From Takakia lepidozioides (taxonomy: Eukaryota > Plantae > Bryophyta), in NCBI GenBank assembly GCA_030704615.1, contig CM060734.1:61318001-61382000 (forward strand): a DNA stretch of 64,000 nt, given 5' to 3'. How positions within the stretch are numbered: the stretch's first letter is position 1; every line of letters starts with the position of its first letter. Of the stretch, positions 1 through 13,314 are shown piece after piece. The position numbers and the translations under genes were made by a program. The notes beneath the pieces are model-generated. The model was not told the DNA's origin and did no database searches. It was given only the letters and a program-made list of their open reading frames with translations.

Positions 1-224
1 ATACATTGCAGTAGACCAATCCAGGTGTTTTCATCAGCATGCCTTTGATGTGTAGCTCTGTACCCTTGTGTGGTGCTCCCTTGCCCATGACAGTTGTTGA
101 ACCCCTCACTTTTCAATCAAGTTTGCTGTGGGTTTGCCTGAGTGTTCTGTCAGTTTGCATCTGCGTTTCTCTGATAGTCTGAACTGACTTATCCTATGTG
201 ATTTGGTTTTTCTGGGAATCGCAG

Positions 225-2438
225 ATAGGCTCAGAGCAAATAGAGGCCCTCTATCAGTATGCCAAGTTCCAGTTTGAGTGTGGCAACTATTCAGGTGCAT
301 CTGACTATCTTTACCAGTATCGCACTCTGTGCACCAATAGCGAGCGCAGCTTCAGTGCGTTGTGGGGCAAGCTGGCAGCTGAAGTCTTGATGCAGAACTG
401 GGATGTCGCAATTGAGGAGTTGAATCGATTGGAAGAGATTATTGATTCAAAGGTAAGGGAAGGAATTATTATTCTGTCAGATCTACTTACAGTATCAATT
501 TGGCATTGATATATGCAAGGCCTACCTCTGGGCCCCACTAGTTTTCCTTCCAGATTCGCAGTCACATCAGTTTATAGAACCTAATCTTCTTTAAAAGTAA
601 AGACTATGTGCGCTGCCTGGGTCTCTACCCTTTGTTCACTTACAAAGAAGTATACACTAAAACAATACTGTGATGTGGGCAGAACTTTTCATCCCCACTG
701 AATCATTTGCAACAGCGAACATGGTTGATGCACTGGAGTCTCTTCATCTTTTTCAATCATGAGAATGGAAGGAACAGCATCATCGACTTGTTCTTTTCAG
801 AAAGGTAAGTAGATTTTGAGGCCAAGTACTTCCGCTTTATACAGAACAGCAAGTATTTCTTGTTGTGTGTTTAAATATTTTGTTCTGAAAGGGTAAGACA
901 TCTCCTGCCTTGGCTATCCAGGTATCTGAACGCAATTCAGACAAATGCCCACCATCTGTTGCGGTACTTGGCCACCGCAGTTATAGTGAACAAGAGGCGC
1001 AGGAGTATGCTCAAAGAGCTCATTAAAGTTATCCAGCAGGAACACTATATGTACAGTGATCCCATTACAGAGTTCTTGGAGTGTTTATATGTCAACTACG
1101 ATTTTGAAGGTGCTCAGCAGAAATTGCGGGAGTGTGAGGAGGTAAGGGAGACCTACCGTAGTGGGCTTGCTTGTACTTTTGAATATGATGTTGTCATCAC
1201 CCTCACTTGAGGCCTGTCAATATGTTCCCATGTTGTGCTTGGTTGTTTCCTCAGCAGTAGAGGAAGTTATTCCCAAAGTTTGAGCTGCTTGTTTTCCTCC
1301 TTCCACTATGGCATCCTTAATCCAGTCCTCACTCCCTTATGCACAGACTGTGAAATCATAGGCACAAGGTAGGTATCCTCTCAAATGGATTTCCAACTTT
1401 TAATCTCTTCACAGCTTCATTTGTGTGTCTAGCTTTGGAGGGCCTTTGGTCCCTTTTCCAGCTACCTTTGGCTTTTCTTAGGGAAAGGGAAAGGGAATTT
1501 CTTCCTTCCGGTTTTGAGGCATGTACATGTTGTTGCATATCCACAAGAAAGGATAATACTTCCTGGAATTCTCAGTGAGAGCCCTGAATATGCAGACTTC
1601 ATGCAAAGGAACAGCTGATTGCATTTCAGAAATGTCTGATATCCTCTACTGGGTTTCTAGAAATCTGGAGTTGTTGCAGATGTTGCATAGATGTGAGAGG
1701 GACTTATTTCGATGGCCATGGGGTGTACGCAGTTGATTGTGAATGACTTCTTCTTGGGGAAGCAAGCCCAGGAAAATGGCTTTGTCACTGTTCCATTGCG
1801 TGATGAGTTCCTGGAGAATGCCCGTCTTTTCATCTTTGAGACATACTGCCGCATCCACCAGTGCATTGACATTGGGTAAGGATTTTTGTAGCATGAATCC
1901 AAAGTGTTCCTTCTCTTTGCATCTGTTCCTTTCATGTGATTGCTGGGGTTCATTCGTTCTATGGCAGTTGGTTCTCTTGGGACTGCCGTGGATGTCTTGG
2001 TGACTAAGTTTACTTGGTGGGATGAATGACCAGTATGCTGTCACAAAAACTGAACATGAATTATGATGATGCGGAGCGATGGATTGTGAACCTCATCCGG
2101 AATGCCCGTTTGGATGCCAAGATTGACTCTAAGATGGGCACAGTTGTTATGGGGACCCAGCATCCGAATGTGTAAGCATGTCTCCCTTCCCCTTCGCTCA
2201 CCAAAATTGTGTTTAAAACAATCACTCTTTTATTTAAGCTTCAGACTCTCCTTGCTGGATGTTGTAGCAGACGTCATATTAGGCCAGTTGCTGATCATTT
2301 TGGCTTTGTATGTTTGGGTGTATCTGTAGGTATGAACAAATCATAGACAAGACCAAGCAATTAGCAGTCCGCAGCTACATGCTAGCCAACAACGTCGCTG
2401 CTACAGCTGCTGCTACACAAGCATCATATGTTCGGTAA
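225..2438 (+). CDS. eIF3e: Eukaryotic translation initiation factor 3 subunit E, 3' part (5' exons lie outside the window). Exons 225-452, 683-804, 922-1141, 1733-1875, 2034-2171, 2330-2438
   Basis: Spliced translation gives [26 protein letters not shown]...[91 protein letters not shown]; all introns GT-AG with matching phases; TAA at 2436-2438. Confidence 0.95.
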
Positions 2439-3864
2439 TGTATACAGACCAGGAGAGGCAATAAGGGGGTGCAGGTTCCAGAACTGCATAGTCCCTTGCA
2501 ATTTGATTCGTTCCCATTGCTTGAGTTTGTGTATTCCTATGTTATGCTCTGCATCACTTGCGATGGAAGCAGATATAGTGAGAAAGCTCCAGAGCAGAAA
2601 AGTGGGGTCTGTCATTTGCTTGCAGAGCACCCTGGTGCACTCCATTGCTGAGTCATGATGTGCTTTGCTCTCCATCTATTTGCTATTTTGCAACATTTTG
2701 ATGTGATCAAAGGTTAATTTAAAGAATGTGTCACATCTGCCAATGTCTCCCCCCTCCCCCCCAATGACTGGAACATTGAACTAGAACAATTTTTGCCTTG
2801 CTGGCTCTTTGTTTCCTGTTTGGGTACTGGGTCATCTTTGCCTGGGTTTTTCCTGCATAATATCGCCTGTGGCCCTGTGAGATCTGTCAGAGCTGGCCTC
2901 CATGCTTGTCAGTACCCCATGCATACCTCTTTACGGTGTGCAAATAATCACTAGGTGTTGATGAGAATATAGACTAATATCCTAGTAATAATCTTAGATG
3001 CAGTGATGACATGGGAAAGGAGAATCAAATGTTGATTATTTTGTGTCCAGGCATGAAAATGCCTCATCTCCTCTAAAGCTGAGGTGGTAAAGAACATTGC
3101 AGTCAGATTGGCCTTTGCACTATGAACTTGACAATACCCTATACATTAGTATGGACACACCCATTTTTTTCATCTGTTAGGCCATACTTTGGACCAATCT
3201 GAGTTACATTAAATAATTCCCATTCTAGTTCCAGGAGTTGTTTACTGAATGTGTGGGATTTTGCGAATGGTTGGGACTGCCATGCCACTTGCAAATGGAT
3301 ATGAGAGAAACTTAGATAGCAAGATGTGGTCAACCAAGCGAATATTAAATGTATGTCTACATGTATCTGGTTGTAGGAATATGATCCCAGGTGTAAACAT
3401 GGATATCAATATTTAAAATTCTCTCAAATGATCATGAATGACAAATATGGTGCGAGTTGAAGAGCTTTTCGCAAATTTTTCACCCATTTCTTAGCTCCTA
3501 CGTTTCAACCCATCTCCAAAACACGAATATCTTTTCCGATAAAAAATCCAGACCAGTCATTGTATATCAAACAAGCATAGGAGAGGATCAATCAGACGAC
3601 TACATGTCTTTAAATCGTGAGCTTGTAATGTCAAGAAGTGGGGAGTCATCGAAGTACTACATGGTATACTACACGATATGTTCAAGATTTTGTATCAAGA
3701 TTTGCATTTTGATACAAGTTGGGCAGTCCTAGAACGAAGCAGCGAGAAGAAGGTTCGAAGTTAATAATAAGGGCTGAGATGTGAGAGGCTTTCTTCAGAA
3801 TTTTAGTAGCACGCACTCTCGGGTGCGAATATTATTGCAATCGCATGGCTCATTGACTCATGAA

Positions 3865-4562
3865 TGTCTCCAAATGGTTGAACACATCGTTTTGGGGCAC
3901 TTTGTCGTGATCAAAATGAAAGCTGAGGGATACAACCTCATTATGAAACTGCCTTACTGCACACTACTAATTTTTGGCTCGGCGATTGAGCCTGCACTTA
4001 TTTCAGATCCTCTTCAGCCCGATGCACATCACGCGTTTGACTTTGAAAGTCGACAATCGACAACAGTTTGAACACGTCCGATACTTACAGAGTATCCCAA
4101 GTTGGTGTCTCAAGAGTTGACTCGTAGATTTTGAATCCATTTATCACGATACTAGCACTCGTTCGTCAGGGTCTGTGAGGGGAAAAGGTGATCGACATTA
4201 GACTCGCTGGAGATGAACATGCCCACAGTTTTCCCACGACAATCCGATTAATTCCAGACCAAGGCTTTCTAAATATAGACCACAGACCCTTAAAATGTTG
4301 AATTAAAAGATTTCTGGGCGCCATGCCCTTCAAGTTTTTCTGTCAAAACTCTAAAATAAGCAAAAACAAAAAGATAAAAGTTAGGGTCAGTTTTAGCCGG
4401 GTGAAACTTTTAGCCTCGGGCTAACTTATATAAACCCCGCCAACCCAGCTCGCTTTGCGTACCTCTCTCCTGTCTGTCTGATCTTCACTGCCCACTTTCG
4501 GACTCTCTCTTTGAGCTCTTTGAGTCTTTGAGCATTCTGCGGACGTTATAAAGTTCTGTCTC
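3865..4562 (+). promoter_or_regulatory. SAUR upstream region with a TATA box and three TGTCTC auxin-response-element motifs
   Basis: TATATAAA at 4427-4434; TGTCTC at 3865-3870, 4106-4111 and 4557-4562 upstream of the SAUR ATG. Hexamers occur by chance, so function is inferred. Confidence 0.45.
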
Positions 4563-4655
4563 ATTTCATTTCTCTCTGATCTTCAGTGCCTCAGTTTCGT
4601 ACTCTCTAGAGCTGATCTTGATTGGTCCACAACAGCAACACTCTCTTTTCCTTGT

Positions 4656-5318
4656 ATGGACACAGTACAATTTTCGAGCTCCGATTGCTCCCCCTTGATG
4701 TCGACATCCAAGAGTCAGAAGCTGGTGTCCAAGACGAAGATAGCAAACAAAGTGGCCAGCTATATGAAGCACCATTTACAGGTCATAGGCTTTGGAAAGC
4801 CTCAAAGTTTGGCCTCCTTCCAGTCCGAAGCATCTATCAACACACAATCCGATCGCTCAAGTTTGCTGATTTCAACGAGTCTCCATAGGTCGTCTAAGAC
4901 CAAGAACCGTTTACTGGGCATGGAACTTGGAAAGACTAACGGTTTGGCCACCCACCAGTCCCATAGATTGCCTTTGGCTTCTGGTACCGACCATCTCAAA
5001 TCTGTGACAAAATTTGTTTCACACCCACCGAGGGTGCCAAGGGGCTGCGTGGCGGTCTACGTGGGCAGAGAGAGGCGTCGATTTGTGATCCCCATTATGC
5101 TCCTAAGGCATAAACTGTTTGGTGAGTTGCTTGCAAAGACCGAGGAGGAATATGGATACGAGAATGAGGGGGGTGTGCGCATCTCTTGCGACCCTGATCT
5201 CTTTGAGCAATTCTTGCACGGAAAATTGAGAAAGACTTCTCTACAAATTGGAGGTCATTCCCCTGATGCGGGCGCTGTTTGTGGCATGGAAGGAGGGTTC
5301 AAAGCACTGGTATTATAA
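4656..5318 (+). CDS. SAUR (small auxin-up RNA) family protein with a long Ser-rich N-terminal extension, intronless
   Basis: SAUR core VPRGCVAVYVGRERRRFVIPIMLLRHKLFGELLAKTEEEYGYENEGGVRISCDPDLFEQFL in a 220-aa ORF. Confidence 0.92.
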   Translation: MDTVQFSSSDCSPLMSTSKSQKLVSKTKIANKVASYMKHHLQVIGFGKPQSLASFQSEASINTQSDRSSLLISTSLHRSSKTKNRLLGMELGKTNGLATHQSHRLPLASGTDHLKSVTKFVSHPPRVPRGCVAVYVGRERRRFVIPIMLLRHKLFGELLAKTEEEYGYENEGGVRISCDPDLFEQFLHGKLRKTSLQIGGHSPDAGAVCGMEGGFKALVL

Positions 5319-5431
5319 GCGGCCATGATGTGCTAGTGTTCACCTTCAGGATTGCAAGTATGACCTGTACATTTAGGCCACCATGGGCCTCTAATCAAGG
5401 ATGCCCCCGGGAGGGCCACTTTAAAGATGTG

Positions 5432-5800
5432 GTGGCAACCTTCTGCCTGCTGGCAACCGTTAAGCTTTCATTCTTACCATTTAGAAAGCTCGAAGCACTG
5501 AGTTGGAGATTGATTTTTGACATGTATGCATATTTATTCACGTTCTAGTGGCAACCTTCTGCCTGCTGGCAGTTAAGCTTCATTCTGAAGCTGATAGGTT
5601 TACCATCTAGAAAGCTTGAAGCACTGAGTTGGAGATTGATTTTTGACATGTATGCATATTTATTCACGTTCTAGTGGCAACCTTCTGCCTGCTGGCAACC
5701 GTTAAGCTTCATTCTGAAGCTGATAGGTTTACCATCTAGAAAGCTTGAAGCACTGAGTTGGAGATTAATTTTTGACATGTATGCATATTTATTCACGTTC
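5432..5800 (+). repeat. Three-copy tandem repeat (units about 116-127 bp) just downstream of the SAUR stop
   Basis: Units begin GTGGCAACCTTCTGCCTGCTGGCA at 5432, 5548 and 5674 and each ends CATGTATGCATATTTATTCACGTTC. Confidence 0.95.
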
Positions 5801-7139
5801 CCATGTACACTGGTGATATAATTTGTAAGAAAGTCATGAGCCGATTTAAATTAGGCCATCAATTGGAAAAGCTTACCTTCTGACCCCTAGCTAGGCATGG
5901 ATTGTATGTTCGTATGTTCCCCATGGATCTCATATATTCTCATATATGTAATAGGAAAGACAGTGAAACAAGAGATGTTCCTCATTTGTTACAATTAGTT
6001 CCCTTCTGTTATCCCCAGCCCAAGCGGCCACAACGGGCCACAGGCGGTAGTCACAGTGCAGGTTGTCCACTCTGCAGCTCCTACAAGTCTCTATCCGCAC
6101 ACTGTGGGAGCTCACCGTGAACCTTCTCAACGGTTCTTAGAATAGAGGGAGGTGGAGAGGGAGGTGGAGCTTCGCGAAGATAATTGGGCTGTAAGATTCT
6201 ATTATCACGGAGGCCCAAAAACGTCTCCCAATGGAAAGAAAGAAAGCGTGAATTTATCTATAATATATCTGCAAAGAGCTTCAGGGACAAAGAAAGCAGG
6301 ATGTACATGTTCTAAGCAGCCCAAAACCAACTATTCATGAATCAAGGGATTCACTTGACGCCTCTTGCAGATATGCTATCAAGCATTTCTGATCCGCATA
6401 GTGGAATACCTCAGGAAGGGATTGGCTGTCCCAGAATAGGCAATGGGGAGAAAGAAAATAGAAGCTCTAGAATGTACTCATAAGACATTGTTTGCCGTAG
6501 CCTCGCGCCGTAGAAAGAAACCAAAAGAGAGAACGTTCATTTCATCCGATGGGACAAACTACATAAGCAAAAGTGACAGGAGAGAGGACAAAATGAACTC
6601 ATGCTGTTCCCTGCGAACGTCGTTGGCTGCCATCGGGTTACGGCCATTGACCCCACGAGAAACTCTCCCGCAGCCTTTTGGTGGGGTTGCACCCCCACCA
6701 GGGTTTAGCTTATATCCTATAACCTTGTTTTCCCACAACTTTCATTAAGGCATTCACATAGGCACTTGTCCGCATGTAAACTCAACAGGGTTCCTGATTT
6801 TAGTTCTAAAGCTCTGCGTTTACCACAGAAATAACATGCCTGGGGAGTACCGTGCAGGGCAAGGAGAGAGGGGGAGAGAGACTGACAGAGGCTGATATTG
6901 AATTCACACTAGACAGTCTAATCTTGGTTCCAGCACAGCTAAAGATGGCCTCGACCTGACCGAATTATCGAACAGCAGATCTCTACCCAACAAAAATGTA
7001 CCTACGATGGCACTTCCAATCAGAAAAAATTCCTTCGCGAGCAGAGCTCCGGCAAACGTGACAAGAAGCTTTTTCGAGCACCAGGTAATGGCACACTCTC
7101 GAAAAAGCTTATATTCGGTTAATTGGTGGTTGCTGATGC

Positions 7140-8045
7140 CTGCTAGTTGATAGGATCTGTGTGCTTATCACTTGTCCACTTGCACCAATTAGATTAGGTG
7201 GCTCTCTCCTTAATTAAATTGACTTGCCCTCTCTGTAATACTTCACTTGAGTAAACCCATCGAATATGACCAGTATCGGAGCCTCGTCGAGCTGCAAGGG
7301 CAGTCTCCTCTCCACAGGACTCAAGAACAACTCTTGAACATACGGTTGATTCGTAGGAGAGTGTCTTGTATCCTTATCGTAGAGACAAGGGACTCAGATT
7401 TGGTCTTCCTATTTTGTGTTTACTCAGATCCGTCTTCTTTTTTCTTTTGCAAGCTTCTATTATTTTATACTAATCTTCTCACTAACATTCTCTCAATCTT
7501 GCTGCATGGCTAACTAGCTGACATGCTTTGAACTTTCTTTGTTATTAAATTTCTATCAGGTCTCAAGTCATGACTAACTTTGAGAGCTCCACCATGTCAA
7601 AGTCCAACACTCGAAGCGTGGACAACTATGGTGTTTGGAAGTTCCGTTTCCAAAGCTTGCATCATGGAAAAAGATAATTTGTGGCATCTATTTGATGACT
7701 ATCCTGTGAGAATGGTTCAGACTCAAACCATCACATAAGAATGAACCATCACTATCGAAATACCTGTCTTTGATAAGGAAACTATCAAACGACAGAAGAG
7801 GAAAGCCTTCTCCATCCTGAAACTTTCTGTCAAAGATAATATAATTCCTCGTATCTTGTCTTGTACAGAACCCAAGCTGGAATGTTGGGACCGGCTGAAG
7901 GTGATGTTCTCTGTGAAAAACAATGCACGCAAGCTGGCTGCCACGAATCGTTTTTCAGCTCTCAAGATGGAAGAGAACACCCAAGTAGCAGACTCCTATG
8001 CGTGAAGTCAGGGACATCATGAACGAACTTGCAGAATTCAACTAG
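7140..8045 (+). mobile_element. Degenerate Ty1/copia 5' remnant (probable LTR end, PBS-like site, frameshifted gag N-terminus)
   Basis: PBS-like CAGTATCGGAGCC near 7271 (cf. TGGTATCAGAGC); from 7594 a broken frame reads DNYGVWKFRFQ...DNLWHLF...KAFSILKLSVKDNIIPRILSCTEPKLECWDRLKVMF, typical of copia gag; boundaries approximate. Confidence 0.65.
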
Positions 8046-8299
8046 CCATGTTGAAGTTATCAGCCCCAATTAAATTGCAGTCCATACAACCAAGTCATAT
8101 GAACATGAATCTACATGAATCTGATAAGATGCCGCAATTTGACGGTGACAGGCGGATTTGGTATCATGGTGCGGATCTTCGATGATCTTATGGCATAGAT
8201 GACTGGGAACAGTAGTGTGGAGCATGGGTGAGAAGCAGTGGAGCCAAACATACTCAAAAAAAAAAAAAAAACATGAGATTTGGGACTCACTGCAAAGCT

Positions 8300-9201
8300 T
8301 GTTCGGGCTGTTGGTCTCTGTATAACGTCCCTAGAAATTCGAACCTATGACAGGCTTGGCAGGGCGTTGAAGGGTTCAGCTCTATTCGACGGCTGTCTGG
8401 GGAGGAGACGGAACTGTCACTTGAAGCAGCAGGTGGTGGCAAGCTCCAAGTGATCAAGGCCATTCAAAGATAGAAAAGTGTATATAGAGGAAATTAGGGA
8501 TTTTCTCTCTTCCAGATGGCTTCTTCTCTAGACAGGAGGCACTCGTAGACGTCGGTTGTGTAGAGAGACTGGCAGACTGGACGGCCATCGAGAAAGTGTC
8601 TACGAGCAGGGAAGATGAACGACACAGAATGGTGTGGCGGTTGGGAGGACTGGATGTATTCCAGCACAATGTGTATGTGCAGCTGCTAGAAGTGTGTGAT
8701 AGTTTAGTTGATGCTTGTAGTCTCTGGAATTTGAGAGAGTTGTTTATACGAAGCACTGGGTTGCAGCCAGTTGCGTTGGAATAAGAGCACGAACAAAAAG
8801 CCCAAGAGTCCAATTCCTTGCAAAAGGACGTCTTTACATGTCATGATGGAACTGATGGCAGGAAAGTGAAGTAAGAATTTCAGTTCGACTGGACAAGAAA
8901 GGCGGATCGTGAGAAAGAGCAATTAGAAAAGAGGAATGTAACACTGCCATGCAGAGACTGCATCTAAACACATTGGTGCGTAACGGACGATTTTTCAACC
9001 CTAGGAAACATACAGCGGACCCCCAATAGATAGACACTACGTCCAAAAAAGCGCAATTGGGTGGACACTTTTTTTTTGTTAAAAGTGATGGCGGCTCATT
9101 AGAAACATTTAAAATCTTAAAGTTGATGTTTAACATGGCGGCTCATCTATGTGAAGACTGAGCGGGGGTGGCCAGTCTATAAAGTCTTGGACGGTAGCTT
9201 C

Positions 9202-9246
<45 letters not shown>

Positions 9247-9720
9247 TGGCTGCAGCTCCGGAGAGCTTGAATGTAAGAGAGACAATGTAAACAGCAAGTA
9301 AGACAGTGAACTAGAGAGTGTACAGTTCAAAGTAGATCGATCGTGACTACAGGAGGTAGAGGATCTGAAGGAAGGCAGACGGTGTGCTTATATCCACGGC
9401 AGGGACGATCGTGGCACTGATGTGATCTTTGAAAGCAATGGAAAAGCCTGTGAATCTGTGAATGCTTGGGCTGGGATAGTGGTCTGGTCGATGCTCCATC
9501 TGGGTTGGTTAGGGTCTGAACAATTTCAAGTCATGCAGTCTGAATCAGGAATTTCCAGAGGAGGGAGTGCTAACAGAAGAACTATCGTGGTCCTCAAAAT
9601 GTTATTTAGGCACATAAGTGGGCGTTATTCAAGTACGAATTGGGATTTACGTGGTGCCGAACAGCTGTCGGACCGTTCAGTGAGCACTAAAGTGATAGAC
9701 GGACGCAAAGAACAAGGCAA
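8300..9720 (-). mobile_element. Possible highly decayed non-LTR (LINE) remnant
   Basis: Minus-strand *RPLMCLNNILR near 9595-9630 resembles the LINE RT YRPIxLLN motif; little else recognisable. Confidence 0.25.
9206..9243 (+). repeat. (GA)n microsatellite
   Basis: Uninterrupted AG/GA dinucleotide run. Confidence 0.97.
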
Positions 9721-9763
9721 GGAAGGGAGAGGTATATAGGGGAGGTTGGTACGCTCTAATACA

Positions 9764-11182
9764 ATGAAGACCTCCCCGGCACCCCCACTTCATCCACCTG
9801 TGAAAAGAGCTCGGGTCGAGTCCTCGCCGGAGATCCCATCTTCTGCCCCTTATCTGCTCATGAGGAACGTCAAATTGCAGCCACCTTCGACCCTGACATA
9901 CTGGAATGCCTTGTTTGCTATGAACCTCGTGCCTCCCCCATTTTCCAGGTACACAACGACACCTTGCGTCCCGTCTCCTTTCCTCTTAAATCCATTTTCG
10001 ACCTCTGTCTCTTTGTGTATCTTTCCGAAATAACGTTTGATCATCAAGAAATTGCATATTCCTAAACTGTTTACTTTTTGTCCTGTGCATGGCTCCTAGG
10101 AGGATTGTTCCGATTTACATTGCAGGTCCAATTTCCTTACCAAGTGTGAAGGCATTTTTAGTTTTTATGCAGGGTCCCCCCCCCCAAAAGGTCGTCAATG
10201 CACTTGAACCATTTGTTCCTTTCGGTCAAAAGGAGTACTATATAATTGAGAACATCAATTGGATTCACTTCGCTAGTGTGGCCGGAACTTTACCGAGTCA
10301 TTCTTTTGTTGTGTTGGGCTGGTGCAGTGCGAATGGCATACTGCCTGCTCAAGCTGTTGCCATAAAATCAAAAGCGTGTGCTCCTTCTGCTCGAAACCAA
10401 CTGGAAAGATCCGGTGCCTAGCAATTGAAAAGCTGATAGAGTCCCTGCACATGCACTGCAGGTTTGCTGAATACGTTTGCGAGAAAAGGCTGAAGTTTTC
10501 CAACAAGAAGGTGCACGAGACATCATGCCCACATGCTCCATTCGAATGCCCCATTACTGGGTGCCATTTCTCTGGTGCTGGCAATGCTTTTCCTGACCAT
10601 TTTCTTAGTTCACACCAAACACGTACAGTCGCTTTCCAATATGACACCGTCTTCCCAGTTGTCTTGAACTCAAGTGACCACCATGTCGTGCTAAAGGCAG
10701 ATGACATGGTATTCCTTCTCCACTATGAAAAGGAGGCTATTGGAAACATGATCTATGTCATATTCTTTGGGCAGACAGCGAGAGAGGAGTTCTTCTCTTA
10801 TAACTTTACTGTGGCACATGGGAAGACAATGAAAAACATGATCACCATGCCTCGCAGCATCCTACAGGAGGACAAAAGGGGAACCAATTACGTCGTTGTT
10901 CCCAAGTCAGGGAATAGGTCCTACGGGTATCTTCATAACTCTGTCATTCCAGCGAGTGGAAGCAATATCTGGCTTAAAGATCAATCCGTGATGACAGGTT
11001 TGTTTGTTCCATCTGCTGCACTAGTTTTTCCATTTCTTGAAAGAAAGTGGCCCCTACTTTTTGACATCAGAAAGCTCCCTCTCTTTTCCCCCTTGTCTGT
11101 GTCAGTATGGGATAATATAGCTTCAACCAATACGGTGACTAGAACCAGCTGGCAGCTAGTTAGCGCCAGGAGCAATCTCTGA
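9764..11182 (+). pseudogene. SINA-like RING E3 ubiquitin ligase gene, frameshifted in exon 1 (exon 1 about 9764-9948, exon 2 from 10328)
   Basis: FDPDILECLVCYEPRASPIFQ|gt then ag|CEWHTACSSCCHKIKSVCSFCSKPTGKIRCLAIEKLIESLHMHCRFAEYVC...HETSCPHAPFECPITGCHF...DHFLSSH (RING plus SIAH zinc finger). The ATG at 9764 is out of frame with the RING start, whose own frame has a TAA at 9757 and no ATG after it. Confidence 0.75.
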
Positions 11183-11444
11183 ACTTCTACTCCTCCATCT
11201 CTGAGCTGTTTGTGCTCTGTAAATCCCACACTAGGCAGCCCATTGGTTGGGTATTTGCGCCATGCCTATGTATGACCAGGATTCAATGAGGTGCCTCAAC
11301 CATCCATTGCCCTCGATGGGCTGTATGTTGACCAGTATATATACATCACAACAACATAGCCTGTTCAGTTCGACTACTCTATCGACAATTTCATGTCAAA
11401 AGAACATGCCATAAGGTTGTTCAGCCTGAATGTTGCACTGAACT

Positions 11445-13279
11445 CAATTTTAACTAATTTTGGATTTTTGGCTTAAATTTAATATAATTTTATATTTAAA
11501 TAAAATAAAATAAGTACAATATTATGAAGCAATGAATCAAGATTTAGTTTTCAAGTGAATGTGCATGACTCCAAATTTTTTAAACGTCGACGTCAAAGTC
11601 GAATGACATACGTTAGACAATGCAAATAATATATATTAATAACACAATTTGCATGACTCCAAATTCATTAAACGACGACATCAAAATCAAACGATATACA
11701 AATTTAGCCAATGCAAAGGATATATACTAATTAGCACAAGTATCCATGAGACATCGTTACCCAGTACATGTTGTCAATTAGTCTGTTATCCCCAATACAA
11801 AGGCACTATATATAGTCCACAAACATCCTAGCCCTGAAACTAGAACATCTACACATAAGGCTGACATTGAGAATACTGGGTGTGCGTCGCACGAAGATAT
11901 GTTTTTGCAAATGCCTCCGCGTAGATAGGTAGCTTGTAAAAATGAAGACTCGAACTTAGACAAAATACTTTGTTTTGTTAAAAAAAAATGTCGGTCTCGA
12001 ATCCAAATTGACTCCTGCAAAAGAGTAACCACGGATATAAATTTATGGATACTACCACATGAATATAAGGCCCGAAGGCGAACTAAAAGGTATTCAAAAT
12101 CAAAACGGTACACCGAAATAAAAAAGTCTTACTCACATGAGAAATCCGAATCAACATTAATAAAATGTGAAAAAATGTATGGAACCTATAGAACTACTAG
12201 ACATTTTTAATCGAAATAATTTCTCCAAACCAATGTATCAATGTACTCCAAAGTTGAAAGCTATGTACATTTATTTTTTCAATGACTCGCTTCGGAATAT
12301 GAGGTTTCGAGGTATTGTAGGGTTTAGGATAAGAAAAAAGTATGAAGAGGGGGGAAAAATAAAACAAACCTATAAGAACTTTCAATCAAATATCAACCTT
12401 GAATACATTGTACCCCAAAATAAGAATGTGTTTTTTTAACGAGCTTCCAACATAGATATATAAGGTTTTAGGAGCATAAAGTTTTAGAAAAATTATAAGT
12501 ATGAATCACACAAATATGCAAGAAAGTTTATGACCTATAAAAACGTTCAATCAAGTAATATTTTAACCATAATTGTATTATACCCAAAGCTGGAAAAATG
12601 ATTTGAATGAACTTCAAATATTTGAATGAGGTTTAGGGTATAGGGGTTTGGAGAAGTAAAAGTACTATCAAGTACAAAATAAAATTGGACGAGTGTGTAG
12701 AACATATAAGAATTTTCAAGTAAATATCCCGATGACTCTATCATACATATAAGCTAGAATAAAATGAATCAATGAGCTTCAAATGTAGAAACTACGTTTT
12801 AGGGTATGCTAGGGTTTAGAACAAGCAAAAGTGTGAATGATACAAATAATGGGATATTGTTTAGGACCAATACAAAATTTCATTAAATATTCCAACAACT
12901 CTTAGTAGTATGCAACCCCAAAGTTAGAAAAGAAATTTTTGAGTGAGCCTCAAACATTACAAAGATATTTTTGGGGTACTGGGCTTAGGCTATTAAACTA
13001 AAGTATAGTTAAGAACAAATATGAAAGAATGGAACTTAGGATCTACAAAAATATCAATTAAAAATCCAGACCACTTTATCTTATTAAATGGGGGAGAAAG
13101 AATAATGAGCTTCAAACAATCAAAAAAGATTTTTAGGGTGACATACTAGGATTTAGGGTAAGCAAATTTAGTACTATTCAATGACAAACAAATTTACAAG
13201 AGTAATTAAGACATATAAAATCTCTCAATTAAATATCGTAAAATTCTATAGACTAAGTCCCCAAAGCTTAGTACTAGCG

Positions 13280-13314
<35 letters not shown>

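Noticed and set aside
2900-4300. Short ORFs between eIF3e and SAUR
   Set aside because: No recognisable domains or splice structure; treated as intergenic
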